A stretch of 64,000 bases of DNA from a virus (taxonomy: Duplodnaviria; Caudoviricetes). Below, piece by piece: positions 30,122 to 38,719 of this stretch. How positions within the stretch are numbered: the stretch's first letter is position 1; every line of letters begins with the position of its first letter. The stretch lies in the IMG/VR virus record IMGVR_UViG_3300014969_000001, positions 1-64,000 of that record; one strand, 5' to 3'. Under the pieces are notes generated by a model. That model saw nothing but the letters and a program-made list of their open reading frames with translations. It did no database searches and was not told where the DNA came from. The translations under genes and the position numbers were made by a program.

Positions 30122-30193
30122 ATTTGTGCGTTTTTTTCGTATCCATTTCCAAACGTATGGTAATGAGAACGTTCAACTAAAAAATTTAACTTT

Positions 30194-31615
30194 ATGGAAA
30201 ATCACTCAAATCAACCAAACCGACCATTTCAACCAAGAAAGCCTAGAAAGATTACCTTGCGGTATATCCTTATATCCATAGGTGCATTGTTCATCATTAT
30301 TGCCGGCATTGGTTTATATGTTGTTTCCTGTGAGAAGGAAACTGATACTGGTCCTACAACTGGTAAGATGATAGAGGGAACTGAAACTGAAGATACTACT
30401 CAGTCAAAGCCACAGGCTTCAGCAGCCAGAGCGGAGAATCTTTTGTATGAGGAAACCTGTGAGTCAGGTGCCTTCTTTGCTACAGCTCACAGCAGGGAGA
30501 ACAATGGTTCTGCTTATACAGCTTCCTATGTAACTGCACCAGTATTCCAGGGTCTGAAGTCAGCCCGCTTTGAGATAAGGAAGGATATGGTAAAAGTAGG
30601 TTCCGCACAAAGCTATCGTTCTGAGGTGGTAATTATCAAGGGCGATGCCTATCCCAATTTTCCTAGAGATATATGGTATTCTTACGCTTTGCTTATACCA
30701 TCCAAGGGACAGGAAACGGACACCTATCGGGATTGTATTACTCAATGGTATGAGGATGGCACTGATGAAACTACTGTTCGGATAGAGCGCGGTAAAGCCT
30801 TCCTGGAAGTATGCCCTCCTGCCGGAGAAACTAAATTAATGAAATACGATTTATTCGGTACCGGCTCAACGCAAAGCACTAGCGGCTTGAGTACATTGAA
30901 TGAAATACCCAAGGATGAGTGGCACGAATTTGTGTACCATTTTATTCACTCAATGGGAAGTGATGGTTTAATTGAGGTATGGCGTGATGGTGTAAAGATA
31001 CATACAATCAAAGGCCGGAACATGCACTTGAAATTACCAAAGTGGAAGCTCGGTCTTTATAAGTCCAGCATGGGAAGTTCCTCGCTGTATTCACGGGTAA
31101 TCTTCTTTGACAATGTGCGGGTAGGCAATACAAGCTCTACACTTGCTACGATGGTTTCCGGAGCCGTAACTGGAGCGCCAACACCTGTGCCACCTATAAC
31201 TACAGAACCAGTACCTCCTACTCAACCAACAGCACCAACCGCACCAGTAGCACCAATACCAGGACAGCAAATCACAGGCTTTGAAATAGTCAATGCTATA
31301 ATAGACAAACCGATCGGTGCACTTCCTGAAGGAGCTGTGATTGATATGAAAGCAGCAAAACTAGAGAAGATCAATATCAAAGCGAATGCAGTTGCTGGTG
31401 TAGGAAGTATCAAGTTTGAGCTGACAGGACCACAGAGCAAAAGCAGAGTAGATGGTAAGGTACCATTCGCTGCTCTTGGTGATGATGGTTCAGGCAATTA
31501 CTATTCATGGATTCCGGCACCTGGTAAGTATACCTTAAAGGCCACCCCATATGCAACTACAAATGGAAGTGGCCCTGCAGGTCCGGTTACTACTCTCACG
31601 TTTACTATCAAGTAG
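30194..31615 (+). CDS. Predicted surface lipoprotein with polysaccharide lyase (heparin lyase I-like jelly-roll) domain and C-terminal Ig-like domain
   Basis: Hydrophobic signal ending VVS-C then acidic EKETD; RSEV, WYSYALLIP, ITQW, WHEFVYH, GLIEVWRDG, KWKLGLYK, FDNVRVG; Pro/Thr linker. Confidence 0.7.
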   Translation: MENHSNQPNRPFQPRKPRKITLRYILISIGALFIIIAGIGLYVVSCEKETDTGPTTGKMIEGTETEDTTQSKPQASAARAENLLYEETCESGAFFATAHSRENNGSAYTASYVTAPVFQGLKSARFEIRKDMVKVGSAQSYRSEVVIIKGDAYPNFPRDIWYSYALLIPSKGQETDTYRDCITQWYEDGTDETTVRIERGKAFLEVCPPAGETKLMKYDLFGTGSTQSTSGLSTLNEIPKDEWHEFVYHFIHSMGSDGLIEVWRDGVKIHTIKGRNMHLKLPKWKLGLYKSSMGSSSLYSRVIFFDNVRVGNTSSTLATMVSGAVTGAPTPVPPITTEPVPPTQPTAPTAPVAPIPGQQITGFEIVNAIIDKPIGALPEGAVIDMKAAKLEKINIKANAVAGVGSIKFELTGPQSKSRVDGKVPFAALGDDGSGNYYSWIPAPGKYTLKATPYATTNGSGPAGPVTTLTFTIK

Positions 31616-32054
31616 TAACTAACTGAGAGTGAATTTTATTACACACCCAATCATGATAGCCCAGGATAGTATGATTGAAGATGATATCATGCTTCCAGTT
31701 GCTGAGGGTGAATTCATCGTGCTGGCTATCCTTTTCGTAAAGTTTATTATCTGAATTTTCAGCAATGAGTTCATTCGTCGGATAGCCATCAAGGGCTCGG
31801 GTTATCCGGCGAAGTTCTCTGGTTGAAGCATTACCATTCTCTAGTGGAGTCATTTCATCCTCCGTATCCAGGATAGCATCTGTTTCACCTTTAACAATAA
31901 TGGCATCTTCATCTTCATCGTATAAGTCTTCATTTTCATGGAAACTTTTAGTGATAATTGCGTCAGCTTCATCTTGATCATTTGCTTTTACCGTGTAAGT
32001 TGTATTGTTCCATACGGTAACCTTTTGATGTATTTCAAAGTAATACTCACTCAT
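31608..32054 (-). CDS. Hypothetical acidic protein
   Basis: 148 aa ORF with A-rich leader; 3' end overlaps the convergent lyase gene. Confidence 0.7.
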   Translation of the reverse strand: MSEYYFEIHQKVTVWNNTTYTVKANDQDEADAIITKSFHENEDLYDEDEDAIIVKGETDAILDTEDEMTPLENGNASTRELRRITRALDGYPTNELIAENSDNKLYEKDSQHDEFTLSNWKHDIIFNHTILGYHDWVCNKIHSQLVTT

Positions 32055-32143
32055 TGTTTTATATTTTTTAAGGTTGATTGATAGTTTCCCTGAACAGTTT
32101 GCTATCTAATTAATTACTTGTGGTTTTCTCATTAAGCCAAACT

Positions 32144-32180
32144 AAAAAGCAACTCTGTCCTGGTAGAGTTGCTTTTTTTT
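32144..32180. terminator. Bidirectional intrinsic terminator
   Basis: AAAAAGCAACTCT-loop-AGAGTTGCTTTTTTTT. Confidence 0.8.
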
Positions 32181-32189
32181 ATTGTGTGG

Positions 32190-32450
32190 TTATTCGTCCC
32201 CTTTCTTAAAGAGATTCTTTCTTATGACTGTGTACTTCATCTGCTCATAATCCCGGCGGCGCTTTGCTCTCTTATTTGAGAACTCATGCTGCTTATTTAT
32301 GGAATATTGCTCACAGAAATGATCTACTGCTAACTGGCGAATCTCAAAGCCATCCCAGGCACCCGGGATATTATTGACCATCTCAATCAGATCCTGTGCG
32401 AAGGTATCGGCAATCTCATGCGCGATTCTTAGTTGTTCTTCCTTCGTCAT
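32190..32450 (-). CDS. Hypothetical protein
   Basis: 86 aa ORF, TAATG-coupled to the upstream gene. Confidence 0.7.
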   Translation of the reverse strand: MTKEEQLRIAHEIADTFAQDLIEMVNNIPGAWDGFEIRQLAVDHFCEQYSINKQHEFSNKRAKRRRDYEQMKYTVIRKNLFKKGDE

Positions 32451-32839
32451 TAGTTCTGGCTGGCTAAGTGATCGGTTATACTTCCGGTTGTATGGTCAGC
32501 TACCAGATGAAAGTCTACAGCCTCAGATAGATCTGTGAGGTCATTGTTTACCTTTCCGGTTAAGTCAGCCATTACCTTCAGCATATTCGCTGTATTGGTT
32601 AAGGCTTCATTCCTGGCTTTCTTGTTGCCGCCGAACTCTTCCAGCTTGGCCACCAGTCTTACACTATTGTCAGGCTTGATCTGTAAGCAGGAGTAAGAGG
32701 GATTTATCCTTACACAGAACTCGCCCATTCCCTGACCATAGTGAGGCTTATGCAGAACTACTGCTGCAGCGACATCATACTTGTCTAATACCGCTTTGAT
32801 TTCTTCCATCGCGGCTTTCAATGTTGGTGAATAATTCAT
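32450..32839 (-). CDS. Hypothetical protein
   Basis: 129 aa ORF (LKAAMEEIKAVLDKYDVAAAVVLH). Confidence 0.75.
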   Translation of the reverse strand: MNYSPTLKAAMEEIKAVLDKYDVAAAVVLHKPHYGQGMGEFCVRINPSYSCLQIKPDNSVRLVAKLEEFGGNKKARNEALTNTANMLKVMADLTGKVNNDLTDLSEAVDFHLVADHTTGSITDHLASQN

Positions 32840-32861
32840 ATCAAAGTTTTAAGGTTTGCAC

Positions 32862-32893
32862 AAAAAAAACCCGAACAGGCTATTGTTCGGGTT
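32862..32893 (-). terminator. Intrinsic terminator
   Basis: Minus strand AACCCGAACA-loop-TGTTCGGGTT followed by a T run. Confidence 0.85.
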
Positions 32894-32948
32894 GGTAACT
32901 GAATTTTGGCGGGCGTGCGAGTAATTCGAACGTTTATACGTTTATTCT

Positions 32949-33962
32949 CTAGGTTGGTCCACATCCTTCTCCGAAAGCTCCGGACGGCATTATCCATTCT
33001 TCCGATCGCATGATGATGGATTCATAATAGTTCTTGCTAAGAGCGAGCGCCATTATATCCTTGTTCATCTCATAAGCTTTCCCCTGCTGCACTCTTTCCA
33101 TAACCGGTATCTTCCTATGGATGGTAGTCTTAAACTCGCTCTCATAGTCTGCAATAACTTTCACCTGGTCAGGATTCAAGGCATTGAGTGAAGCCCACTG
33201 GTCATTGTTTCCAAAGATACAAGCTGAACAGCTACATCGGTTCCATCCAAGATAATAGCAAGGATGAACCCGGATATTATACTTCTTGATTATATCCCAC
33301 ACTTTCTGCTCCTTCCATTTATGAACGGGCCTCCAGTGATCGACATGGCGCTTCTTACAGTTGGTATAATAATGAGATCCGAATACCTCATATTTAGCCC
33401 GGGCAGCACTTTCTTCCGCTCTCTCCCCTGTGATTATTAGGGTTCTCTTTCCTTCAAATCGTTTCTGAGCAGTGATAGCTGCATTCATTACCATTATCTT
33501 GAGATAAGCGGAACACCACCGCACAGAGAGGTCGGCTGATACTTGCGGGAATTTCCGGCGGGTATTAAGCTTCGGGGAAGTACCACCTCTCACATGCAGT
33601 CCTCCCCCTGGGCTTTCAAAAACAACTGGGCCGGTTGGCTGATTCTGCCGGAGCATTTCCCTCTCAAATCCTCCTTCTCTCCAGCTATAATAGATTGGGC
33701 TTCCCATTACTCTGGAGAACTGTAAGCAGTAATCATCCGTCACCGGCCAGTCCATAAGCTTGCTTCCCTCTATGCCATCTATTCTGTGATGCCATAGTTC
33801 TATTTTACTAGCTGGCACACCAAGTTCATGTAGACGAAGATAAGAAGCTATTGAATCTTTCCCACCAGAGAAGGCAACTATAATATAATCGTAGGAATAG
33901 AGGTCGGGTATAAATTCGGGTGGTTCCCGTGTTGGTTCTTCATTGAATAGATTCAGCTGCAT
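32949..33962 (-). CDS. PAPS-reductase family (PP-loop, Fe-S) protein
   Basis: AFSGGKDS PP-loop, RWCSAYLK, GERAEESAAR, HPCYYLGWNRCSCSAC. Confidence 0.85.
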   Translation of the reverse strand: MQLNLFNEEPTREPPEFIPDLYSYDYIIVAFSGGKDSIASYLRLHELGVPASKIELWHHRIDGIEGSKLMDWPVTDDYCLQFSRVMGSPIYYSWREGGFEREMLRQNQPTGPVVFESPGGGLHVRGGTSPKLNTRRKFPQVSADLSVRWCSAYLKIMVMNAAITAQKRFEGKRTLIITGERAEESAARAKYEVFGSHYYTNCKKRHVDHWRPVHKWKEQKVWDIIKKYNIRVHPCYYLGWNRCSCSACIFGNNDQWASLNALNPDQVKVIADYESEFKTTIHRKIPVMERVQQGKAYEMNKDIMALALSKNYYESIIMRSEEWIMPSGAFGEGCGPT

Positions 33963-33996
33963 GATTTTATAGGCTATGAATTTTAACTATTAAAAA

Positions 33997-34008
33997 ATCA
34001 AAAGGAGA
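33997..34008 (-). promoter_or_regulatory. Phage promoter-like motif copy 1 (TCTCCTTTTGAT)
   Basis: Repeated intergenic motif 35 nt upstream of the ATG, adjoining a terminator U-tract. Confidence 0.65.
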
Positions 34009-34011
34009 GAA

Positions 34012-34046
34012 AAAAGAAAAGGCCTAACCATTGCTGATCAGACCTT
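34012..34046 (-). terminator. Intrinsic terminator
   Basis: Minus strand AAGGTCTGATCA-GCAA-TGGTTAGGCCTT followed by TTCTTTTT; G-U pairs make it minus-strand specific. Confidence 0.8.
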
Positions 34047-34086
34047 CACTTAGCCTATAAGAACCGTTATGCCGAACTGTCTTATA
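34012..34086 (-). ncRNA. Putative multi-target antisense small RNA A
   Basis: Host promoter TTG-N20-TATATTTG upstream; TATAAGA/TCTTATA stem displaying CGGCAT; 12-bp GNRA terminator hairpin; complementary to many start-codon regions. Confidence 0.65.
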
Positions 34087-34089
34087 AAG

Positions 34090-34120
34090 CAAATATACTC
34101 ATTGGGTGTTCCAGAACCAA
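34090..34120 (-). promoter_or_regulatory. Bacteroidota sigma70-type promoter
   Basis: Minus strand TTG, 20-nt spacer, TATATTTG(C). Confidence 0.65.
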
Positions 34121-34125
34121 GAGTA

Positions 34126-34296
34126 TTATATTATTATCTTACCATAATGGTCAAGATGTATACGATCTCCATTTGCATTCTGCATAGTAACAGTCCTAAT
34201 CTTCTTATCATTGATTGTATTAACATTTATTCCTTTAATGAAGTAGCCTTGAAGTTGCATCTCCTCTACCTTTATATCTTGTCTGCTCTTTGACAT
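34126..34296 (-). CDS. Small hypothetical protein (56 aa, not in ORF track)
   Basis: MSKSRQDIKVEEMQLQGYFIKG...HYGKIII; TAATG overlap with the thermonuclease stop. Confidence 0.6.
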   Translation of the reverse strand: MSKSRQDIKVEEMQLQGYFIKGINVNTINDKKIRTVTMQNANGDRIHLDHYGKIII

Positions 34297-34637
34297 TACT
34301 TTTTTCTTTTGTAGACAATTGCTAATCCTTTTTCAATCATATGCTGATTTACATTCTCACCATCGAGATAAACAGTAGCCAGATATCTACCGAAAGCATC
34401 AGCCTTTTCAGTATTTATGATGACATATCTATCAAGAAGAATCTCTATCAGATATTGCTTCGCTGCATTGGCTACAGTGCGTTCTTCTTCTACTTTCGAG
34501 TGAAGCTCTGGCGCATTGATTCCAACTAATCTCAGCCGTTGTTTCAAGCTTGAATCAAAGCCGAGATCAATGATTACATCAATGGTATCGCCATCCACTA
34601 CATTCTTAACAATTGCTTTATAGTTATACAGTTCCAT
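34296..34637 (-). CDS. Thermonuclease (SNase family)
   Basis: VVDGDTIDV, RLRLVGINAPE, DAFGRYLA, VNQHMIEKGLA. Confidence 0.92.
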   Translation of the reverse strand: MELYNYKAIVKNVVDGDTIDVIIDLGFDSSLKQRLRLVGINAPELHSKVEEERTVANAAKQYLIEILLDRYVIINTEKADAFGRYLATVYLDGENVNQHMIEKGLAIVYKRKK

Positions 34638-34641
34638 AAGT

Positions 34642-34767
34642 TTAATTTAGGTAAGCTGAATAAATCAAAAAGGCAAGGTATATTATATACCCACCTATTG
34701 TTGAACCTACAAATAACCCTAACAGGAAAGCATATTTAGCATTAAGGGATTTTCTATCATCATTCAT
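34642..34767 (-). CDS. Small membrane protein (41 aa, not in ORF track)
   Basis: MNDDRKSLNAKYAFLLGLFVGSTIGGYIIYLAFLIYSAYLN; fills the intergenic gap; single TM helix. Confidence 0.6.
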   Translation of the reverse strand: MNDDRKSLNAKYAFLLGLFVGSTIGGYIIYLAFLIYSAYLN

Positions 34768-34805
34768 AGTATTGAGGGGTTTTGGTTTTTTGTGAGGTAT
34801 AAGTT

Positions 34806-35114
34806 TTAGTTTATTCTCTCTCTCTTTTGGTCAAACTTCTTTGCTTTATTTGCAGTTCCGAGAATGGAAAACATTTTAAAAACAACCATATAATGACCAT
34901 TACCATATTTCTCTACTGTATGCAGGTGCACTCCTAGTGCGGGTTTCTTTTCTACTGATCTATCCCAGGTTTCACTTTCTATCCTAAAGGCCACGTCCCA
35001 GTTCATGTGCCAGCGGTAATCTATTTCCTCTATGGCAACATCAAGCATGCGCGATATGTGCGCACGCAGGATGTTTATAGCCGCAGGGAGCTTCTTCTTC
35101 TCTACTTTCTTCAT
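34806..35114 (-). CDS. Hypothetical protein
   Basis: 102 aa ORF in the operon. Confidence 0.65.
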   Translation of the reverse strand: MKKVEKKKLPAAINILRAHISRMLDVAIEEIDYRWHMNWDVAFRIESETWDRSVEKKPALGVHLHTVEKYGNGHYMVVFKMFSILGTANKAKKFDQKRERIN

Positions 35115-35117
35115 TAA

Positions 35118-35978
35118 TTAAAATTGGTGTGCTAATCTTTCTAATACATCTGCTGGAGTATGACCATCCCACTCAGGAGCTTGCTCCAGAACAGTACAGA
35201 ATTGTTCGCATTCATTCCAATATGATTCTGGAAGGTGGTAAGTGATCTGCTGACCATTGGTAGTAAACATACCTAATACAAACCAGCCACCACCGAATGC
35301 CGGCTTACCATCGCTATGGTTCTTGGAGATCCAAGGGCTTTCATCAATCGCACAAAGAGCCATCTTACAAAGTCCGATGAACAATCTGTTGCGGTGCTTA
35401 TAGAGTTCATCAAAGGAATGATAACCATCACTGATTTCACCTTTATCAAGTGCTACAGTATCCTTGATAAGTTTATTGATTTGCTCCAACGCCGGCTTAC
35501 CAAAATATTCTTCACCGCCATCACGATAAACTTCATTGGCAAACTTCGCTTCATCAGCCATAAAGGAATGATGGTTATTCACAATACGATTATAAACGTT
35601 CCGCTTCAAAGCATCCAGGTCTACAAAGTCATTCTCCTTTGTCGGACCATCATAGCGCGAAGAGAAAGTGAACTTCGGTCTGCTCTCATCATTTACCAGT
35701 ACACCTTTCTCTCTCTCACGCTTAGAAAGATTCCAGTTGGTGAAATCATCGAAGCGATCGAGAAGATCAATAGAATCTGACAACTGTTGCTCAGTCATGC
35801 CAAGCATGATATCGCTTTCGATTGAAACCTTCTTGCCATAGATACCCTCATCATCATTCTCGATGATCTCAGTGATACCATTACAAACTGTTTCAAGACC
35901 GATCGGATAATACGGGCTTTGGCGGATAGCAGCTTCTGCAATAGCCGCAGTAAGCTCACTTAGAAAAATGTACATCAT
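35118..35978 (-). CDS. WDGH-motif phage protein
   Basis: C-terminal ISDGYHSFDELYKHR...QITYHL...EWDGHTPADVLERL. Confidence 0.75.
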   Translation of the reverse strand: MMYIFLSELTAAIAEAAIRQSPYYPIGLETVCNGITEIIENDDEGIYGKKVSIESDIMLGMTEQQLSDSIDLLDRFDDFTNWNLSKREREKGVLVNDESRPKFTFSSRYDGPTKENDFVDLDALKRNVYNRIVNNHHSFMADEAKFANEVYRDGGEEYFGKPALEQINKLIKDTVALDKGEISDGYHSFDELYKHRNRLFIGLCKMALCAIDESPWISKNHSDGKPAFGGGWFVLGMFTTNGQQITYHLPESYWNECEQFCTVLEQAPEWDGHTPADVLERLAHQF

Positions 35979-35984
35979 ATAGAT

Positions 35985-36878
35985 TTATTTAGTGTAATAG
36001 TTAATTGTCGTGTGTATTTCCTTTACAGGTTTAATGTCTACCCTCTCTTCACAATGGATCCTCGGGCAGTTCTTGCAATGCTCATAATCCCCTATTGGCT
36101 TCCACTTATGCTTCTCCCGGTAAGTCTTAATGATCGCATAAGCATTCCGAATAGCAGTCTTGGTTTCCTCTAAGCGTAAACCTGAACGAAGAACTTCCAT
36201 TACATCGAAGTCAAGAGCGCGGCTTTTATAGTCAGCAACCCAATACACAAATTGGTTCTGCTCCTGCTTGATATCATCCAGAGCAATCATCATCAGGTAA
36301 GCCATCATGTGATCACGCAGATAGAAGTTACCCCATCCATAATCACCATCCGGCTTCTTGAAAGTAGACTTCAATCCGGAAGTAACTTCTAACCTCAGAA
36401 TAGCTGGTTCCCCATGATAGTAGATAAGAGCATCTGCAAAGTCAGTAAGCCTTACATAATCATTGTAGGCATAGTTGAACTCATAGAAAGGATCTATAAT
36501 CTCAATCCCATAATCCTGGTGACGCTCTTTGAATATGCGTGCCTGCTCTAATATGCGAGCTTCTTCAGCACTCATCTTATTGTTCCGGAGCCTTTGAATT
36601 ACCGGCGGTTCTTCGCATCCAGGTGGAAGTTGCTCAAAGATATGATATAAAAGAAAGCGGCGCTTTAGTTCATTTTGTGTAATGGGAGCAATATCTGTTT
36701 TCCCTACAAAATAAGAATAATACATCGCCGGGCAATAGCCCTCATTCTTCAGATACTTAATCCCAGATGGACAGATCTCGGTAAGCATCGCCTTTAGTTC
36801 CTCTACCTGGGCAAGAGCCTTCTTCGCCATCTGTTCGATAAGCGCAAGGTTCTTGCCTTTCATCCCTTCATTCATCAT
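35985..36878 (-). CDS. PD-(D/E)XK / Cas4-like nuclease-fold protein, possibly degenerate
   Basis: N-terminal CP and C-terminal CKNCPRIHC cysteines; DFADALI..ILRLEVT at the catalytic position; adjacent to the helicase. Confidence 0.5.
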   Translation of the reverse strand: MMNEGMKGKNLALIEQMAKKALAQVEELKAMLTEICPSGIKYLKNEGYCPAMYYSYFVGKTDIAPITQNELKRRFLLYHIFEQLPPGCEEPPVIQRLRNNKMSAEEARILEQARIFKERHQDYGIEIIDPFYEFNYAYNDYVRLTDFADALIYYHGEPAILRLEVTSGLKSTFKKPDGDYGWGNFYLRDHMMAYLMMIALDDIKQEQNQFVYWVADYKSRALDFDVMEVLRSGLRLEETKTAIRNAYAIIKTYREKHKWKPIGDYEHCKNCPRIHCEERVDIKPVKEIHTTINYYTK

Positions 36879-36881
36879 ACC

Positions 36882-38333
36882 CTAGTACAATAAATGGTAA
36901 TCCCTTAATTCATTGAATCGCTCATCACAGCCAAGCAGAATATCATTGCCGGCTTTACCATCACGGTTCTTCTCATTGATAAGGATCAGCTTACCCTTCG
37001 TGCTCCAGCCTTTCATGCCATCATAATCGATTGCCATAAAATGCCGGAAAGGGCGCCATGTCATGCATACTACATCCGACTTAGCCTCTATACCTACCGA
37101 CTCCATGAGCAAGCCTTTATTCGGACGATAGAATACTTTCTTCTGTGCTTCCCCTTTCTCCGCTTCCTTAGTCAGTTGCGAGAGAACGATGGCTGTATCC
37201 TTATTATCACGGGCAAAGGACTTCATCACATCCATGATAGAGTCTACCTCACGACGAGTATCAAAGCTCCCTTTCTCAACCTCTCCCAAATGGTCAAGGA
37301 TCTTCACAACGTGCTTATCCCGATACTTCAGCGAGTGCATCTTGCCTTTAGATTTCAGCTTCTTGGAATTGAGAGTGAGATATTCAATATCTAATGGCCA
37401 GCTAGTAACTTCTTTATAAGCATCAAGCAATCTATCTCGCTCTGCATCTGTAAGAGGCTTAACTATCAGCTCACCATTGTCATACTTCGCACCTTGATTA
37501 GTCAGCTGATGCTCCGTTAGCTGTGCCACATTTGTGATCAGACGAGTAACCACTCGCTCTTCAGACATTTCCAGTGAGAAGAATTGGATGCGTGTGTGGT
37601 TCGCTTTAATCGTCATTGGATTCTCCGGACCATATCGTCTACAGAGCCGACATATCAGGTCAATACAAAACATCGTCTTGCCTGAACCGGGGGAACCACC
37701 GAAAGTATAAACACGATCTCTCTTAAACCCCCCGAACTGCATATCCCATGCTTTAAGGCCAGTCATTAATCCGGGGATATTCTTATCAGGATTCAATGCC
37801 CGCTCTACCACATTCGTTGCAGCTGTCTTTACAGACATCCCCTGCTTACCAGTTTCAAGTTGCATCATGGCATTGGTGATTGTATCTGTCACCTTCTCCA
37901 TTGGTTCATTATCTAAGAACTGACGATAAGCCAGCTGAAAGATATTGTTGTTTATTATCCGCTGCTGGAAAGCAGAGCGAAGTATTTCTAGCATCTCCTT
38001 ACCGGACAACTCCACATAGACACTCATGATCTGCTTCAAAGTAGAACTAAGGAATTCATATTCCCCCTGCTTTGCGCGTGCTGTGATCGCATTAAACATT
38101 CCTGCTTCACTTACATCAAGACCTTGCAGAGCAAGCTCAGAGAGCCAGCCGAATAAAGTCCTCATGCCATTATGAGTGAAGAAAGTAGTTCTTGCATCTT
38201 CAAGCATCAACATCCTGTGATCCTGGTCGGCACGAATAAGGTATGCCATAAATTGTAATTCGATGTCAGCTCTCACGAGTCTTGCATCTAGCGCGTTGCG
38301 CACTTCCTGCGCATTTTCAAATTCACTATTCAT
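36882..38333 (-). CDS. dnaB: Replicative DNA helicase, DnaB family
   Basis: GGSPGSGKT Walker A, FFSLEMS, ILDHL, VLSQL, IEAKSDVV, KNRDG. Confidence 0.92.
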   Translation of the reverse strand: MNSEFENAQEVRNALDARLVRADIELQFMAYLIRADQDHRMLMLEDARTTFFTHNGMRTLFGWLSELALQGLDVSEAGMFNAITARAKQGEYEFLSSTLKQIMSVYVELSGKEMLEILRSAFQQRIINNNIFQLAYRQFLDNEPMEKVTDTITNAMMQLETGKQGMSVKTAATNVVERALNPDKNIPGLMTGLKAWDMQFGGFKRDRVYTFGGSPGSGKTMFCIDLICRLCRRYGPENPMTIKANHTRIQFFSLEMSEERVVTRLITNVAQLTEHQLTNQGAKYDNGELIVKPLTDAERDRLLDAYKEVTSWPLDIEYLTLNSKKLKSKGKMHSLKYRDKHVVKILDHLGEVEKGSFDTRREVDSIMDVMKSFARDNKDTAIVLSQLTKEAEKGEAQKKVFYRPNKGLLMESVGIEAKSDVVCMTWRPFRHFMAIDYDGMKGWSTKGKLILINEKNRDGKAGNDILLGCDERFNELRDYHLLY

Positions 38334-38358
38334 AAATAAGGGATTAAGATTGGTTTAT

Positions 38359-38532
38359 TTATTTTGTTCGAAAAGTAATAGTATGACCACACCATTCATA
38401 TTTTATGAACTTCATCTTACTTACTACATCGTTGATTATATCTTCTGAAATAATCAGAGGGAGAGGATCATCACGCTTAGGAAATTCATAGAATCCTATG
38501 AACTCCTTCATTGAATACCATTTTACTTTCAT
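38359..38532 (-). CDS. Small hypothetical protein
   Basis: Likely start MKVKW at 38532, 1 nt after the upstream stop. Confidence 0.5.
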   Translation of the reverse strand: MKVKWYSMKEFIGFYEFPKRDDPLPLIISEDIINDVVSKMKFIKYEWCGHTITFRTK

Positions 38533-38533
38533 C

Positions 38534-38719
38534 TTATATCTGTGTAAATTCAGTTTCCCACCTTGTAAGAGTGCATGTATAGAAATTTGAAGCATCATAA
38601 TAGGTCACAGCATCGAGCCACTCCCCAGTATCAGGATGCTTCATCTTTCCTCTATTCAGAAAGACATATTGCTTTCCCTTGTGTATGTAGATATCACCGT
38701 ACTTGATCTTGTTCTTCAT
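38534..38719 (-). CDS. DUF1653-like small protein
   Basis: GDIYIHKGKQY...KHPDTGEWLDAVTY...F pattern; likely start MKNKIK at 38719. Confidence 0.6.
   Translation of the reverse strand: MKNKIKYGDIYIHKGKQYVFLNRGKMKHPDTGEWLDAVTYYDASNFYTCTLTRWETEFTQI

Noticed and set aside
34069-34293. 74-aa + strand ORF starting within the sRNA A locus
   Set aside because: Antisense to a translationally coupled 56-aa gene, no + strand promoter seen, shadow-ORF-like composition; kept only as an alternative hypothesis
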